From: an uncultured Gammaproteobacteria bacterium
Lineage (GTDB): Bacteria; Patescibacteriota; Microgenomatia; Levybacterales; UBA12049
Reading direction: 5' to 3'
Length of the DNA stretch: 64,000 bases
NCBI GenBank assembly: GCA_964490105.1
Contig: CAZAZU010000003.1
Coordinates: 245-64,244 of the forward strand
The number at the start of each line of letters is the position of its first letter. Within the stretch, counting starts at the first letter, position 1. The notes under the pieces are model-generated. The model saw nothing but the letters and a program-made list of their open reading frames with translations. It had not been told where the DNA came from and did not search any database. Both the position numbers and the translations under genes were made by a program. This document shows positions 55,058 to 64,000 of the stretch, in pieces.

Positions 55058-56229
55058 AGCCCTCACTTAAGATAATTTCAAAAGATAAATCTGCAAGAGC
55101 AGGAGTAATAAAAACTCCACATGGGGATGTTTTGACACCTGCATTTTTTCCAGTAGGCACAAAAGGGACTCTTAAGAGTATAACTGGAGCGCAAATTAGA
55201 GAGATTGGTCCTCAAGCGGTTCTTGGAAATACATATCATCTTATGCTTCAGCCAGGAGAGGAAATGGTGGCTAAGATGGGAGGTCTTTCTAGGATGATGG
55301 ATTGGAATGGTCCCACATTTACTGACAGTGGTGGATTTCAAGTTTTTTCTTTGGGAGTTGGTCTTGAAAAACCAGGAGTGAAGTTCTTAAAAGAAGATAC
55401 GGCCACAAATATTGAAGAGTCTAAGCCTCGTTTGAATAAGATCACAGAAGATGGAGTAGAGTTTCAATCTCATATTGATGGATCAAGGCATAAATTAACT
55501 CCAGAAAGCTCGATTGAAATTCAAGAAAAACTAGGCGCAGATTTAATTGTCGCATTTGATGACTTAGAATCGCCAACATACTCTAAAGCTGAAACAATGA
55601 AAAGTCTGGAGCTTACAGAAAAGTGGCTCTTAAGGTCACTAAAGGCCCAAAAGACGCACGATCAGCTTATGTATGGAGTAACTCATGGTGGGCAATTTGA
55701 AGATCTTCGTAAAAAGAGCGCGAAGTTTGTAAATGAACATTTCGATGCGATTGCACTTGGAGGCGCACATGCTTCTAAGAAAAATCTTTATGAAGTAGTC
55801 GAATGGACAGTAGAGGAATTAGATGAAGAAAAGCCAAGACATTTGCTGGGAATTGGAGAAGTGGATGATATTTTCGAAGCAGTTGAGCGAGGAATTGATA
55901 CTTTTGATTGTGTAATTCAAACAAGACTTGGACGAATGGGACATGTTTTTGTGAGTCCAAAAGAGGGAAATGTAAAAAATAGATTTAGATTTGATATCAC
56001 AAAATCTAAATTTGCTTCTGACCTAAAACCAATTGATCCTAATTGTGATTGCTATGTTTGCAAAACTTATCCGAGAGCATACATAAACCACTTGTTTAGA
56101 AGTAGGGAATTGCTAGCTTACACATTAGCCTCATATCATAATGTCTATTTCGCTGTAAGTTTGACCAATAAAATAAGACAATCTATCATCGATGGAAAGT
56201 TTGCCTCCCTCAAAAAATCCTGGATTTAA
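55054..56229 (+). CDS. tgt: Queuine tRNA-ribosyltransferase
   Basis: TPAFFPVGTKGTLK...LGNTYHL... and Zn site CDCYVCKTY...H. Confidence 0.85.
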   Translation: MKPSLKIISKDKSARAGVIKTPHGDVLTPAFFPVGTKGTLKSITGAQIREIGPQAVLGNTYHLMLQPGEEMVAKMGGLSRMMDWNGPTFTDSGGFQVFSLGVGLEKPGVKFLKEDTATNIEESKPRLNKITEDGVEFQSHIDGSRHKLTPESSIEIQEKLGADLIVAFDDLESPTYSKAETMKSLELTEKWLLRSLKAQKTHDQLMYGVTHGGQFEDLRKKSAKFVNEHFDAIALGGAHASKKNLYEVVEWTVEELDEEKPRHLLGIGEVDDIFEAVERGIDTFDCVIQTRLGRMGHVFVSPKEGNVKNRFRFDITKSKFASDLKPIDPNCDCYVCKTYPRAYINHLFRSRELLAYTLASYHNVYFAVSLTNKIRQSIIDGKFASLKKSWI

Positions 56230-56244
56230 TGCTATAATCCTCTC

Positions 56245-57225
56245 ATGGATAAGAAAAAGGTTTACAGTGGAATTCGTGCGACAGGACGCCTTCATTTAGG
56301 CAATTATTTTGGTGCCGTAAAAGGAATGCTTGAGCTTCAGGATCAATATGACTGCGTATTCTCAGTTGTTGATCTTCATGCCATAACGACCCCATATGAT
56401 CCTAAAAGCTTACAGCAAAACGTAAAAGATGTAGTATTGGATTATCTAGCAGCAGGACTTGATCCTGAAAAATGCTTGATTGAAATCCAGAGTAGGGTAC
56501 CAGAGCACACTGAGCTTGCTTATCTTTTATCTACAATTTATCCGGTGAGTCGCCTTGAAGACCTGCCGACTTATAAAGATAAAAAAGCCCAATATCCAAA
56601 ATATGTAAATATGGGACTTTTATATTATCCAGTTCTAATGGCAGCGGATATTATGCTTTATAAAGCTGAGCTTGTTCCTGTTGGGATTGATCAGGAGCCT
56701 CATTTGGAAGTGACTCGAGAGATAGCTCGTAAGTTTAATTCGGTTTATGGACCTACTTTTCCAGAGCCAGAGAGGTTTAAAACATTTGGTGAATATATCC
56801 CGTCCCTTATGGGGGAAGGGAAGATGAGTAAGACAGTTGAGGGTTCTTCCATACTTTTAACTGATAGTTTGGAGGAGATAAAAAGAAAGATTGCAGCTGT
56901 TCCCACTGATTCAGGAACAGAAGGCGGAGATCTTCCAAAAACTGGCGGAGTTGCAGCATTATTTAGTTTCCTAAAGCTATTTAATCACGCAGATTTGTAC
57001 ACTAAATATGAACAGGATTATAAAGCAGGTGCTATCAGATATTCTGAAATGAAAGCTGATGTTGCTCAGGCAATTTTTGATGTTCTAGATCCGATTCAGC
57101 AAAAAAGAAAAGAAATAGAAAGCACCTTTAATCTTGAGCGCATGATAAATGATCACACTAATATTTGCCGGGAAGTAGCCGCCAAAACACTTTTAGAAAC
57201 AAAACAAAAAATGGGCCTCGTTTAG
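56245..57225 (+). CDS. trpS: Tryptophanyl-tRNA synthetase
   Basis: SGIRATGRLHLGNYFGAVK (HIGH region) and GKMSKTVEG (KMSKS). Confidence 0.85.
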   Translation: MDKKKVYSGIRATGRLHLGNYFGAVKGMLELQDQYDCVFSVVDLHAITTPYDPKSLQQNVKDVVLDYLAAGLDPEKCLIEIQSRVPEHTELAYLLSTIYPVSRLEDLPTYKDKKAQYPKYVNMGLLYYPVLMAADIMLYKAELVPVGIDQEPHLEVTREIARKFNSVYGPTFPEPERFKTFGEYIPSLMGEGKMSKTVEGSSILLTDSLEEIKRKIAAVPTDSGTEGGDLPKTGGVAALFSFLKLFNHADLYTKYEQDYKAGAIRYSEMKADVAQAIFDVLDPIQQKRKEIESTFNLERMINDHTNICREVAAKTLLETKQKMGLV

Positions 57226-57264
57226 CTTTAAATTTAAGCCCAAGTGTGATATACTTTTTCATCA

Positions 57265-59133
57265 ATGGCAGCAGGCAGAAAAACAAAGAAAACGCTTTTC
57301 CCCAAGCTTAATAAAAAAGTAAAGAACTGGAAAAATCTTCTTATCTATGGATCTGTTTTTATTTTCCTAGGACTTCTGTTTATAGGTGTGAATCAGCCTA
57401 CAGCTACTCAAGATTCAGTTCCTTTGTCACAAGCGATTCAGGAAGTTAAAAGAGGAAACGTAAAAGAGATTGAGGTTCATGATAATAAGCTTGTTTTAAA
57501 GCTTGACGATAAAAATGTAGAAGCTTTTAAGGAGCCGGGTTCAAATGTATATACTCTTTTTAAGGATGCAGGAGTGGATCTAAGTAAAACAAAGGTAAGT
57601 ATTAATGATAAAACCACATTAAATAACTGGATTAGTATTTTTGCATCTCTTCTTCCGATTCTTTTAATGGTAGGTTTCTTCTACTTTATTTTTAGACAGG
57701 CTAGAGGAGCGCAGGATAGCGTATTCTCTTTTGGTCAATCAAAAGCTAAGCTTTACAGTAAAGATACTCCAAAGATTTCATTCGCAGACGTAGCTGGAGT
57801 TGATGAGGCTAAAAAAGAACTAGAGGAAATAGTAGACTTCTTAAAAAACCCAGGTAAATATAAAAGTATTGGCGCAAGAACTCCAAAAGGAGTTCTTATG
57901 ATTGGACCTGCTGGAACTGGAAAAACACTTCTAGCTCGTGCTACAGCTGGAGAGGCAAACGTTCCTTTTTTCTCAATTGCAGGATCAGAATTTATGGAAA
58001 TGTTGGTCGGAGTTGGAGCAAGTCGAGTTCGTGATTTGTTTGGAACAGCTAAGAAAAGTCAGCCTGCAATTATTTTTATAGATGAAATTGATGCAATCGG
58101 AAGACAAAGGAGCTCTGGATTTATGGGAGGACATGATGAGCGCGAACAAACATTGAATCAGATTTTGGTCGAGATGGACGGATTTTCTCCAAATGAACAA
58201 TTGGTAGTTATGGCTGCAACTAATAGACCTGATATTTTGGATCCTGCACTCGTTCGTCCGGGTCGTTTTGATCGCCGTGTTGCTTTAGAGCTTCCAGATG
58301 TAGAGGGAAGAAAAAATATCTTACAAATTCACGCTAAGAATAAGCCAATGGATGTGAAAGTGGACTGGGATAAAGTAGCGAAGAGAACTGTCGGATTTTC
58401 AGGAGCAGATCTGGAAAATATGCTTAATGAAGCCGCGATTAGAGCTGCAAGAAATAACAGAAAAAAGGTAGATATGTCAGATCTTGAGGAAGCAGCTACC
58501 AAGGTAAAGCTAGGCCCTGAAAAGAAAAGACTTCAAACAGATATGGATAGGAAAATGACAGCGTATCATGAAGCAGGACACGCATTGGTGGGTTGGGAAA
58601 TGCCTCACATAGATCCAATTCATAGAATCTCAATTGTCTCTAGGGGAATGAGTCTTGGGCATACTATGACAGAGCCAATTGATAGAGTTCATGAAACTAA
58701 GTCACATCTTATTGAGGAAATCGCGATGATGCTTGGAGGCCAAGCTGCTGAAAGAATCGTATTTAATGACATCACAACTGGAGCATCAAATGATATCGAG
58801 AGAGCGACAAATATAGCGCGAGCTATGGTTATGAGATTTGGAATGAGTAGTCTTGGACCAGTTACTTTAGAGGTTCAAAAAGAAAGTCCATATGACACAG
58901 ATAGTCTTTCTCCTGAAATGCAGGCAAAAGTAGATAATGAGGTTAAGAAGATTATTGATGAGGGGCTAGAAGAGGCGACTAAGGTTCTTAAGAGACTAAG
59001 AAAAAAGCTGGATTTATTAGCTGAAGAGCTTCTAAAACAGGAGACAATAGAGTCTGAAGGATTTGAAAAGCTAATAGGACCTAAAAAAATGCTTCCGGGC
59101 CATAAGCCTGCCATCCTCCCAATCGAAGCCTAA
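57265..59133 (+). CDS. ftsH: ATP-dependent zinc metalloprotease FtsH
   Basis: [19 protein letters not shown] region, HEAGHAL zinc motif, N-terminal TM. Confidence 0.9.
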   Translation: MAAGRKTKKTLFPKLNKKVKNWKNLLIYGSVFIFLGLLFIGVNQPTATQDSVPLSQAIQEVKRGNVKEIEVHDNKLVLKLDDKNVEAFKEPGSNVYTLFKDAGVDLSKTKVSINDKTTLNNWISIFASLLPILLMVGFFYFIFRQARGAQDSVFSFGQSKAKLYSKDTPKISFADVAGVDEAKKELEEIVDFLKNPGKYKSIGARTPKGVLMIGPAGTGKTLLARATAGEANVPFFSIAGSEFMEMLVGVGASRVRDLFGTAKKSQPAIIFIDEIDAIGRQRSSGFMGGHDEREQTLNQILVEMDGFSPNEQLVVMAATNRPDILDPALVRPGRFDRRVALELPDVEGRKNILQIHAKNKPMDVKVDWDKVAKRTVGFSGADLENMLNEAAIRAARNNRKKVDMSDLEEAATKVKLGPEKKRLQTDMDRKMTAYHEAGHALVGWEMPHIDPIHRISIVSRGMSLGHTMTEPIDRVHETKSHLIEEIAMMLGGQAAERIVFNDITTGASNDIERATNIARAMVMRFGMSSLGPVTLEVQKESPYDTDSLSPEMQAKVDNEVKKIIDEGLEEATKVLKRLRKKLDLLAEELLKQETIESEGFEKLIGPKKMLPGHKPAILPIEA

Positions 59134-59175
59134 TACCTCTTGACAATTGAGTAAAAAAGTATAACAATTGCGTCA

Positions 59176-59778
59176 GTGAAGCAATTCGACAAAATCGGCC
59201 TTATTAAACATGCTTGGGAGCTAGTTAAAAAGAACGCTAAATTAGTAGCGCTTTTAATGGTGGCTTTTGTGGGCTATCAAATAATTCAAGGAGTAGTTCA
59301 GGGATTTTTTGGAGAAGGCATGCTCGCTTCATTAGTATCTTTAGGTTTTACTGTTTTAACTCTTTTCTTCCAAATTGGATTCATTAAGATAATCTTAAAG
59401 CTAATTGACGGTCATAAAGCTGAAATTACTGAGTTATGGGCATATCCTCAGTATCTTCTTAGGATGATTGGAGCCACAATCGTTTATACGATAATTGTGG
59501 CTATAGGATTTATTTTATTAATAATTCCTGGAATTTATCTGGCGTTAAGGCTTCAATTCTATAGTTATTACATAGTAGATAAAAACGCAGGAGCAATGGA
59601 TTCACTTAGAATGAGCTGGAAAGCAACTGATAAGAATGTAATTAATATATTCTTATTTATGCTTTTAATAATCGGAATAAATATTCTTGGGGCCTTAGCT
59701 TTAGTGGTTGGACTTCTAATTACTATTCCAGTTTCATTTATCGCAGTTACTCTTCTTTATAGAAAACTCTCCGCTTAA
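59176..59778 (+). CDS. Hypothetical polytopic membrane protein
   Basis: 200 aa with 4-5 TM helices. Confidence 0.4.
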   Translation: MKQFDKIGLIKHAWELVKKNAKLVALLMVAFVGYQIIQGVVQGFFGEGMLASLVSLGFTVLTLFFQIGFIKIILKLIDGHKAEITELWAYPQYLLRMIGATIVYTIIVAIGFILLIIPGIYLALRLQFYSYYIVDKNAGAMDSLRMSWKATDKNVINIFLFMLLIIGINILGALALVVGLLITIPVSFIAVTLLYRKLSA

Positions 59779-59808
59779 GTTTATCTCCAAACTTGCTATA
59801 ATCCAACT

Positions 59809-60741
59809 ATGTCAAAGCTCGTTTTAGTTGATGGTAATGCTATAGTTCACCGAGCGTATCATGCGCTTCCTCCGCTTCACAAGACTGAAGATGGTCAATT
59901 AACTAACGCAGTATACGGCTTTTTCTCAATGGTTTTAAAGATTACTGCAGATCTTGCTCCAGATCATCTAATTGTTTGCTTTGATCGTGCGGCTCCTACT
60001 TTTAGAAAGCAAATGTTTTCAGGTTATCAGGCGACAAGACCAAAGATGGATGATGGTCTTTCAAATCAATTTAAGATAATTAGGGAGGTTTTAGATAAGG
60101 TTAAAATATCTGTTTTTGATCTTGATGGGTATGAAGCAGATGATCTTATCGGAACTTTAGCAAAACAGGCTGCAGAAGAGAATAAAGAAAACCAAGTAAT
60201 AATTGTAACAGGAGATCGTGATTTACTTCAGTTGGTTAATTCTCAGGTTTTAATACTTGCTCCAATAATTGGAGTTACGAAAATGATTTTATTTGACTCC
60301 GATAAAGTAAAAGAAAAATATGGAGTTGATCCGTCTCATTTTGTAGATTATAAAGCGCTCATTGGGGATAATTCTGATAATTATCCTGGGGTTGGGGGGA
60401 TTGGTCCAAAGACAGCTGTAGATTTAGTAAATAAATTTGGAACACTTGAGGAGATTTATGAGAATTTAGGAGAGGTGAGTCCTAGAATTTCTGAAAAACT
60501 TGCAACTGACGCAGAGCAAGCAGTTATGGCTAAAAAACTTGCAATGATTGAAGTAAATGCGCCGATTCATCTTAAGTTTAACAATTGTGAAGTTAAGAGT
60601 ATAGATCGAGAGGCTTTACTTTCTTCGTTTGAAAAGCTAGATTTTAATAGTCTAATTACGAGATTTAAATTAGATCAAAAACCGAAAGTAGAAAAACCTA
60701 AAAAAACAGAGCCTAGTAAAGATCAATTAGGATTATTATGA
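59809..60741 (+). CDS. 5'-3' exonuclease (FEN-like, Pol I N-terminal domain homolog)
   Basis: LVLVDGNAIVHRAYHA...TGDRDLLQLV...GVGGIGPKTAVDLV (H3TH). Confidence 0.8.
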   Translation: MSKLVLVDGNAIVHRAYHALPPLHKTEDGQLTNAVYGFFSMVLKITADLAPDHLIVCFDRAAPTFRKQMFSGYQATRPKMDDGLSNQFKIIREVLDKVKISVFDLDGYEADDLIGTLAKQAAEENKENQVIIVTGDRDLLQLVNSQVLILAPIIGVTKMILFDSDKVKEKYGVDPSHFVDYKALIGDNSDNYPGVGGIGPKTAVDLVNKFGTLEEIYENLGEVSPRISEKLATDAEQAVMAKKLAMIEVNAPIHLKFNNCEVKSIDREALLSSFEKLDFNSLITRFKLDQKPKVEKPKKTEPSKDQLGLL

Positions 60742-61841
60742 AGGTTGCAATAGTACACGATTACATTAAGGAGTATGGAGGCGCTGAGCGCGTGTTGGAG
60801 TCATTACATAATGTATTTCCAAATGCTCCAATTTACACTTCTGTCTATTTGCCTAAATATCTTGGGCCTCACAAAGAGCGATTTGAAAAGTTTGATATCA
60901 GGACTTCCTGGGCTCAAAATCTGCCATTTAAAGCAAAACTTATTAGCCCACTTCGCTTAATTGCTCCTCTAATTTTTGATTCTATGGATTTTTCTAAATA
61001 TGATGTGATTATTGTTTCTGCGACTGGAGCATATAATCCAAATTTTATAAATAAAAAGAACGCGAAAGTTATTTGTTATTGTCACACGCCGCCTCGTTAT
61101 TTATATGGTTATGAGACAGCTAGGAATTGGAGAAAAAATATAATTACTAGAGTAATTGGCTCTCTTTCTATTCATTTTCTTAGGATCATTGACCATAGGT
61201 CTTCACAAAATGTTGATCAATTCATAGCTAATTCTAATAATACAAAAGCTAGAATTGAAAAATTCTACAGAAAAGATTCAGTTGTTATTTATCCTCCAGT
61301 AGAAGTTTCAAGTGGCGCCGTAGAGAAGGGGGATTATTACTTAGCTGGAGGAAGAATTGCTAGGGCAAAACATCCAGATCTTATAATGCGAGCATTTCTT
61401 AAAAATGGACTTCCTTTGAAAGTTTTTGGAAAAAGTTTTGGAGGATATGAAAAAGAAATTGCAGATTTATTAAAAGAAAAAGGATCGAATGTTGAATATC
61501 TAGGGGAGATAAGTGACACTGAGAAAGACAAATTAATGAAGGGTGCAAAAGGCTTTATTTTTGCCTCACTTGATGAGGATTTTGGGATAATTCCAGTTGA
61601 ATCTATGATGAATGGGACTCCGGTTATCGCTCATAAATCAGGCGGAGTAATTGAGACTGTAGTAGAGGGAAAAACCGGGGTATTTTTTGACGACCTAACA
61701 ATTGAAAGTATAAACAGTGCGATCAAAAAATTTGAAAAAATAAAGTTTAATGCTTCGGAACTACAAAAACACGCAGATAAATTTAGTAAAAAAAGATTTG
61801 AAAAAGAGATAAAAGATTTTGTTGACAAAGTTACAAGATAG
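60738..61841 (+). CDS. Glycosyltransferase family 4-like (GT-B)
   Basis: MKVAIVHDYIKEYGGAERVLESL N-terminus and E..G.P motif region (ESMMNGTPVIAHKSGG). Confidence 0.65.
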   Translation: MKVAIVHDYIKEYGGAERVLESLHNVFPNAPIYTSVYLPKYLGPHKERFEKFDIRTSWAQNLPFKAKLISPLRLIAPLIFDSMDFSKYDVIIVSATGAYNPNFINKKNAKVICYCHTPPRYLYGYETARNWRKNIITRVIGSLSIHFLRIIDHRSSQNVDQFIANSNNTKARIEKFYRKDSVVIYPPVEVSSGAVEKGDYYLAGGRIARAKHPDLIMRAFLKNGLPLKVFGKSFGGYEKEIADLLKEKGSNVEYLGEISDTEKDKLMKGAKGFIFASLDEDFGIIPVESMMNGTPVIAHKSGGVIETVVEGKTGVFFDDLTIESINSAIKKFEKIKFNASELQKHADKFSKKRFEKEIKDFVDKVTR

Positions 61842-61856
61842 AGCTATAAACTCCTA

Positions 61857-62147
61857 ATGTCAGATTTAGAAAGAGATGTTCCTAGGGCAGTAAAGTGGAT
61901 TGAATTAATTGTCCCAAATGGAACCCCAGAATTTAAAATAAGGAGAAGAACTCAGATGGTAGCGAATTATCATTTTGAAGGGGCAATAATTGAGGCTATG
62001 GATGTGTTTGGTACAATTGCTATGTCGACAGTAAGTATAGAAGCAGTTAGGCCAGAAAGAGTAGGCGCTTTAAATCTTAAAGAAGAAAGAATAGGAAGAA
62101 TAGTTGATGCTCTAAAACCGGTCATAGAGGATGTAGAAGATGCCTGA
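61857..62147 (+). CDS. Hypothetical small protein
   Basis: 96-aa ORF; overlaps mutM start by 8 nt. Confidence 0.3.
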   Translation: MSDLERDVPRAVKWIELIVPNGTPEFKIRRRTQMVANYHFEGAIIEAMDVFGTIAMSTVSIEAVRPERVGALNLKEERIGRIVDALKPVIEDVEDA

Positions 62148-62982
62148 ATTACCAGAAGTAGAAACAGTTAAATTGGGACTCCAAAAATATTTAAAAGGTC
62201 ATAAATTTGTTGATGTTGAAATATTATCTAAGGGAATATTTGATGGAGATCCGAAAGATATAATAGGCTCAAGAGTTATTGAAATTAAGCGTTTTGGTAA
62301 AGGCTTGGTAATTGATTTGGATAATGGTAAAAGTTTGGCCATACATATAAAACTAACTGGACAAGTTATCTATAGAGATCCAAAAACGGCGAAAGTTCCA
62401 GTAAGTCCTCAAAAAGTAAAAACTCTTCCAAATAATGCGACTAGAATTATCTTTAAGTTAGATCGCGACGCAATTTTATATTTTAATGATCTTCGCAAGT
62501 TCGCATGGATAAGAGTTCTTCCTACAGAAAAAGTAATGGAAATGCCATTTTTTAAGAATATGGGACCTGAGCCATTTAAAGATTTAACTTATGAGAAGTT
62601 TGAAAAGATAATCAGTAATTCAAAGATTGTCGTTAAGCCTTTAATTATGGATCAAACAAGAATTGGGGGAATTGGAAATATTTATGCAAATGACGCGTTG
62701 TTTTTAGCGAAAATTGATCCCAGAAGACGCGCTAATACGTTAATTTTGCCTGAAATAAAAAAACTTTATGACGCAGTTTTAAGTGTTATGGAGAAAAGTA
62801 TGAAGTACGGTGGCGCATCGGAGCTAAATTTTGTAAATGTGATGGGACAGGAGGGAGAATATCAAATGCATTCTCTTGTCTATGGGAAAAAAGGAAAGCC
62901 TTGTTCTAATTGTAAAAATGAAATTAAGAAAATATTCCTAGGAGGACGGGGAACTTTCTTTTGTCCCACCTGCCAAAGCTAA
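62140..62982 (+). CDS. mutM: Formamidopyrimidine-DNA glycosylase
   Basis: MPELPEVETVK N-terminus and C-terminal zinc finger CSNC...CPTCQ. Confidence 0.8.
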   Translation: MPELPEVETVKLGLQKYLKGHKFVDVEILSKGIFDGDPKDIIGSRVIEIKRFGKGLVIDLDNGKSLAIHIKLTGQVIYRDPKTAKVPVSPQKVKTLPNNATRIIFKLDRDAILYFNDLRKFAWIRVLPTEKVMEMPFFKNMGPEPFKDLTYEKFEKIISNSKIVVKPLIMDQTRIGGIGNIYANDALFLAKIDPRRRANTLILPEIKKLYDAVLSVMEKSMKYGGASELNFVNVMGQEGEYQMHSLVYGKKGKPCSNCKNEIKKIFLGGRGTFFCPTCQS

Positions 62983-63106
62983 AGCTTAGGCGATTGCGGG
63001 CAGGGAGAATTGTCAGAAATAATCTTCCCTTATTGACTGTTTTAGGGGATTGGAATAGAATTAGTGCTAACAAAGTACCCTTTAGGGTCTTTTTTTAAGC
63101 TTATTT

Positions 63107-63814
63107 ATGGGTTCAAACTATACAGATAAGGTCGTAATCTCGGTCGGAGGATCTCTTATTTACCCCGACGGAGGAATTGACACTAAGTTCCTCGAAAAGC
63201 TTAATAAGTTCGTAAGAGAACAGTTGGCGGCAAATCCTAACCGCCAATTTTTTTTGATAACAGGAGGAGGAACTATCGCTCGTCATTATAGAGATGCAGG
63301 AGCAGAAGTAATAAAACATGAGCTTACCCGAGACGATTTAGATTGGCTAGGAATCCACGCCACAAAAATGAACGCCCATTTAGTTAGAACAATTTTTAGA
63401 GATATAGCTCATCCATTTGTACTTAAGCATTATGAAATTATTAGAAAGGTCGAGGAAAGAGTAGTCGTCGCATCCGGATGGAAGCCTGGATGGTCGACTG
63501 ACTACTGTTCTGTAATGATTTGTGAAGACTACGGAATAAAAACCCTCATTAACCTCTCCAATATAGACCAAGTTTACAACGATGACCCCAGAAAAAATCC
63601 AGACGCAAAACCACTTGATAAGATTTCATGGACTGATTTTAGAAAAATGGTGGGAGATGAGTGGATTCCTGGAATGAACTCTCCATTTGATCCGATCGCT
63701 TCTAAGAAAGCGCATGAATTAGGAGTAAAAGTGGTAGTTTTAAATGGAAATAATATGGAAAATCTTGAAAATTACTTCAACGGAAAAGACTTCAAAGGTA
63801 CTGTGATAGAATAG
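63107..63814 (+). CDS. pyrH: UMP kinase (amino-acid kinase fold, archaeal-like short form)
   Basis: KVVISVGGSLIYPDGGID...LITGGGTIAR... Confidence 0.6.
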   Translation: MGSNYTDKVVISVGGSLIYPDGGIDTKFLEKLNKFVREQLAANPNRQFFLITGGGTIARHYRDAGAEVIKHELTRDDLDWLGIHATKMNAHLVRTIFRDIAHPFVLKHYEIIRKVEERVVVASGWKPGWSTDYCSVMICEDYGIKTLINLSNIDQVYNDDPRKNPDAKPLDKISWTDFRKMVGDEWIPGMNSPFDPIASKKAHELGVKVVVLNGNNMENLENYFNGKDFKGTVIE

Positions 63815-63818
63815 GCTC

Positions 63819-64000
63819 GTGCTATCCCATCTTACTCTTCAAAACTTTCGCAATTATAAGAAATCTAGCTTTGATTTTAAAGATAAGTCTTTAATAATAA
63901 TTGGCCCAAATACCGCAGGAAAATCAAATCTCATAGAGTCGATTTTTCTTTTATCTACTGGAAAAAGTTTTAGAGCTGAAAAAGATTCTCAGATGGTAAA
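63819..64000 (+). CDS. recF: DNA replication/repair protein RecF, N-terminal fragment (GTG start); continues past the window
   Basis: VLSHLTLQNFRNYKKSSFDFKDKSLIIIGPNTAGKSNLIESIFLLSTGKSFRAEKDSQMV matches RecF (L.L.NFRNY...G.NG.GKTN.LEAI..L..G.SFR). Not in the ORF track because it lacks an ATG and a stop. Confidence 0.65.
   Translation, partial: MLSHLTLQNFRNYKKSSFDFKDKSLIIIGPNTAGKSNLIESIFLLSTGKSFRAEKDSQMV

Noticed and set aside
1-64000. Alternative genetic code (UGA recoded, as in Gracilibacteria/SR1)
   Set aside because: TGA terminates well-supported genes such as pgk at 40974-40976, and long ORFs are bounded normally. The standard code 11 fits.

Overview
Low-GC bacterial chromosome segment with a small-genome, CPR/Patescibacteria-like flavour. 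This is inferred from gene content and weak Shine-Dalgarno sequences and is not proven. The standard genetic code is in use, because TGA ends well-supported genes such as pgk. The window opens at the replication-origin neighbourhood: the dnaA 3' end, three DnaA boxes in an AT-rich spacer, then dnaN. A roughly 13 kb block transcribed on the minus strand follows. It looks like a type IV secretion (T4SS)-like apparatus. It has a VirB4/TrsE-type ATPase, a membrane protein with an Rpf-like peptidoglycan-hydrolase domain, five tandem VirB2/TrbC-like two-TM 'pilin' paralogs carrying Cys-rich ectodomains, and an AAA-like plus OmpR winged-helix regulator. Two of the pilin paralogs share a perfect 349-bp direct repeat. 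A divergent 1258-aa soluble protein and a VirB6-like polytopic membrane protein sit next to it. A VirD4/TraG-like coupling ATPase lies about 30 kb away, beside a tRNA-Ile(UAU) and a Xer-like tyrosine recombinase. Other content includes a cluster of class-II tRNAs, one with an odd ACU anticodon, and tRNA-Arg(GCG). An unannotated tmRNA lies next to smpB. A coherent B12 module runs NrdR box, nrdR, class II nrdJ, candidate cobalamin riboswitch, DUF4430 protein, small membrane protein and PduO-type adenosyltransferase. A promoter and terminator bracket a roughly 105-nt candidate sRNA. There are two tandem class A PBPs, SpoIID and housekeeping genes (rpe, pgk, murD, tgt, trpS, ftsH, mutM, pyrH, recF 5' end). 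No CRISPR array or IS element was seen.
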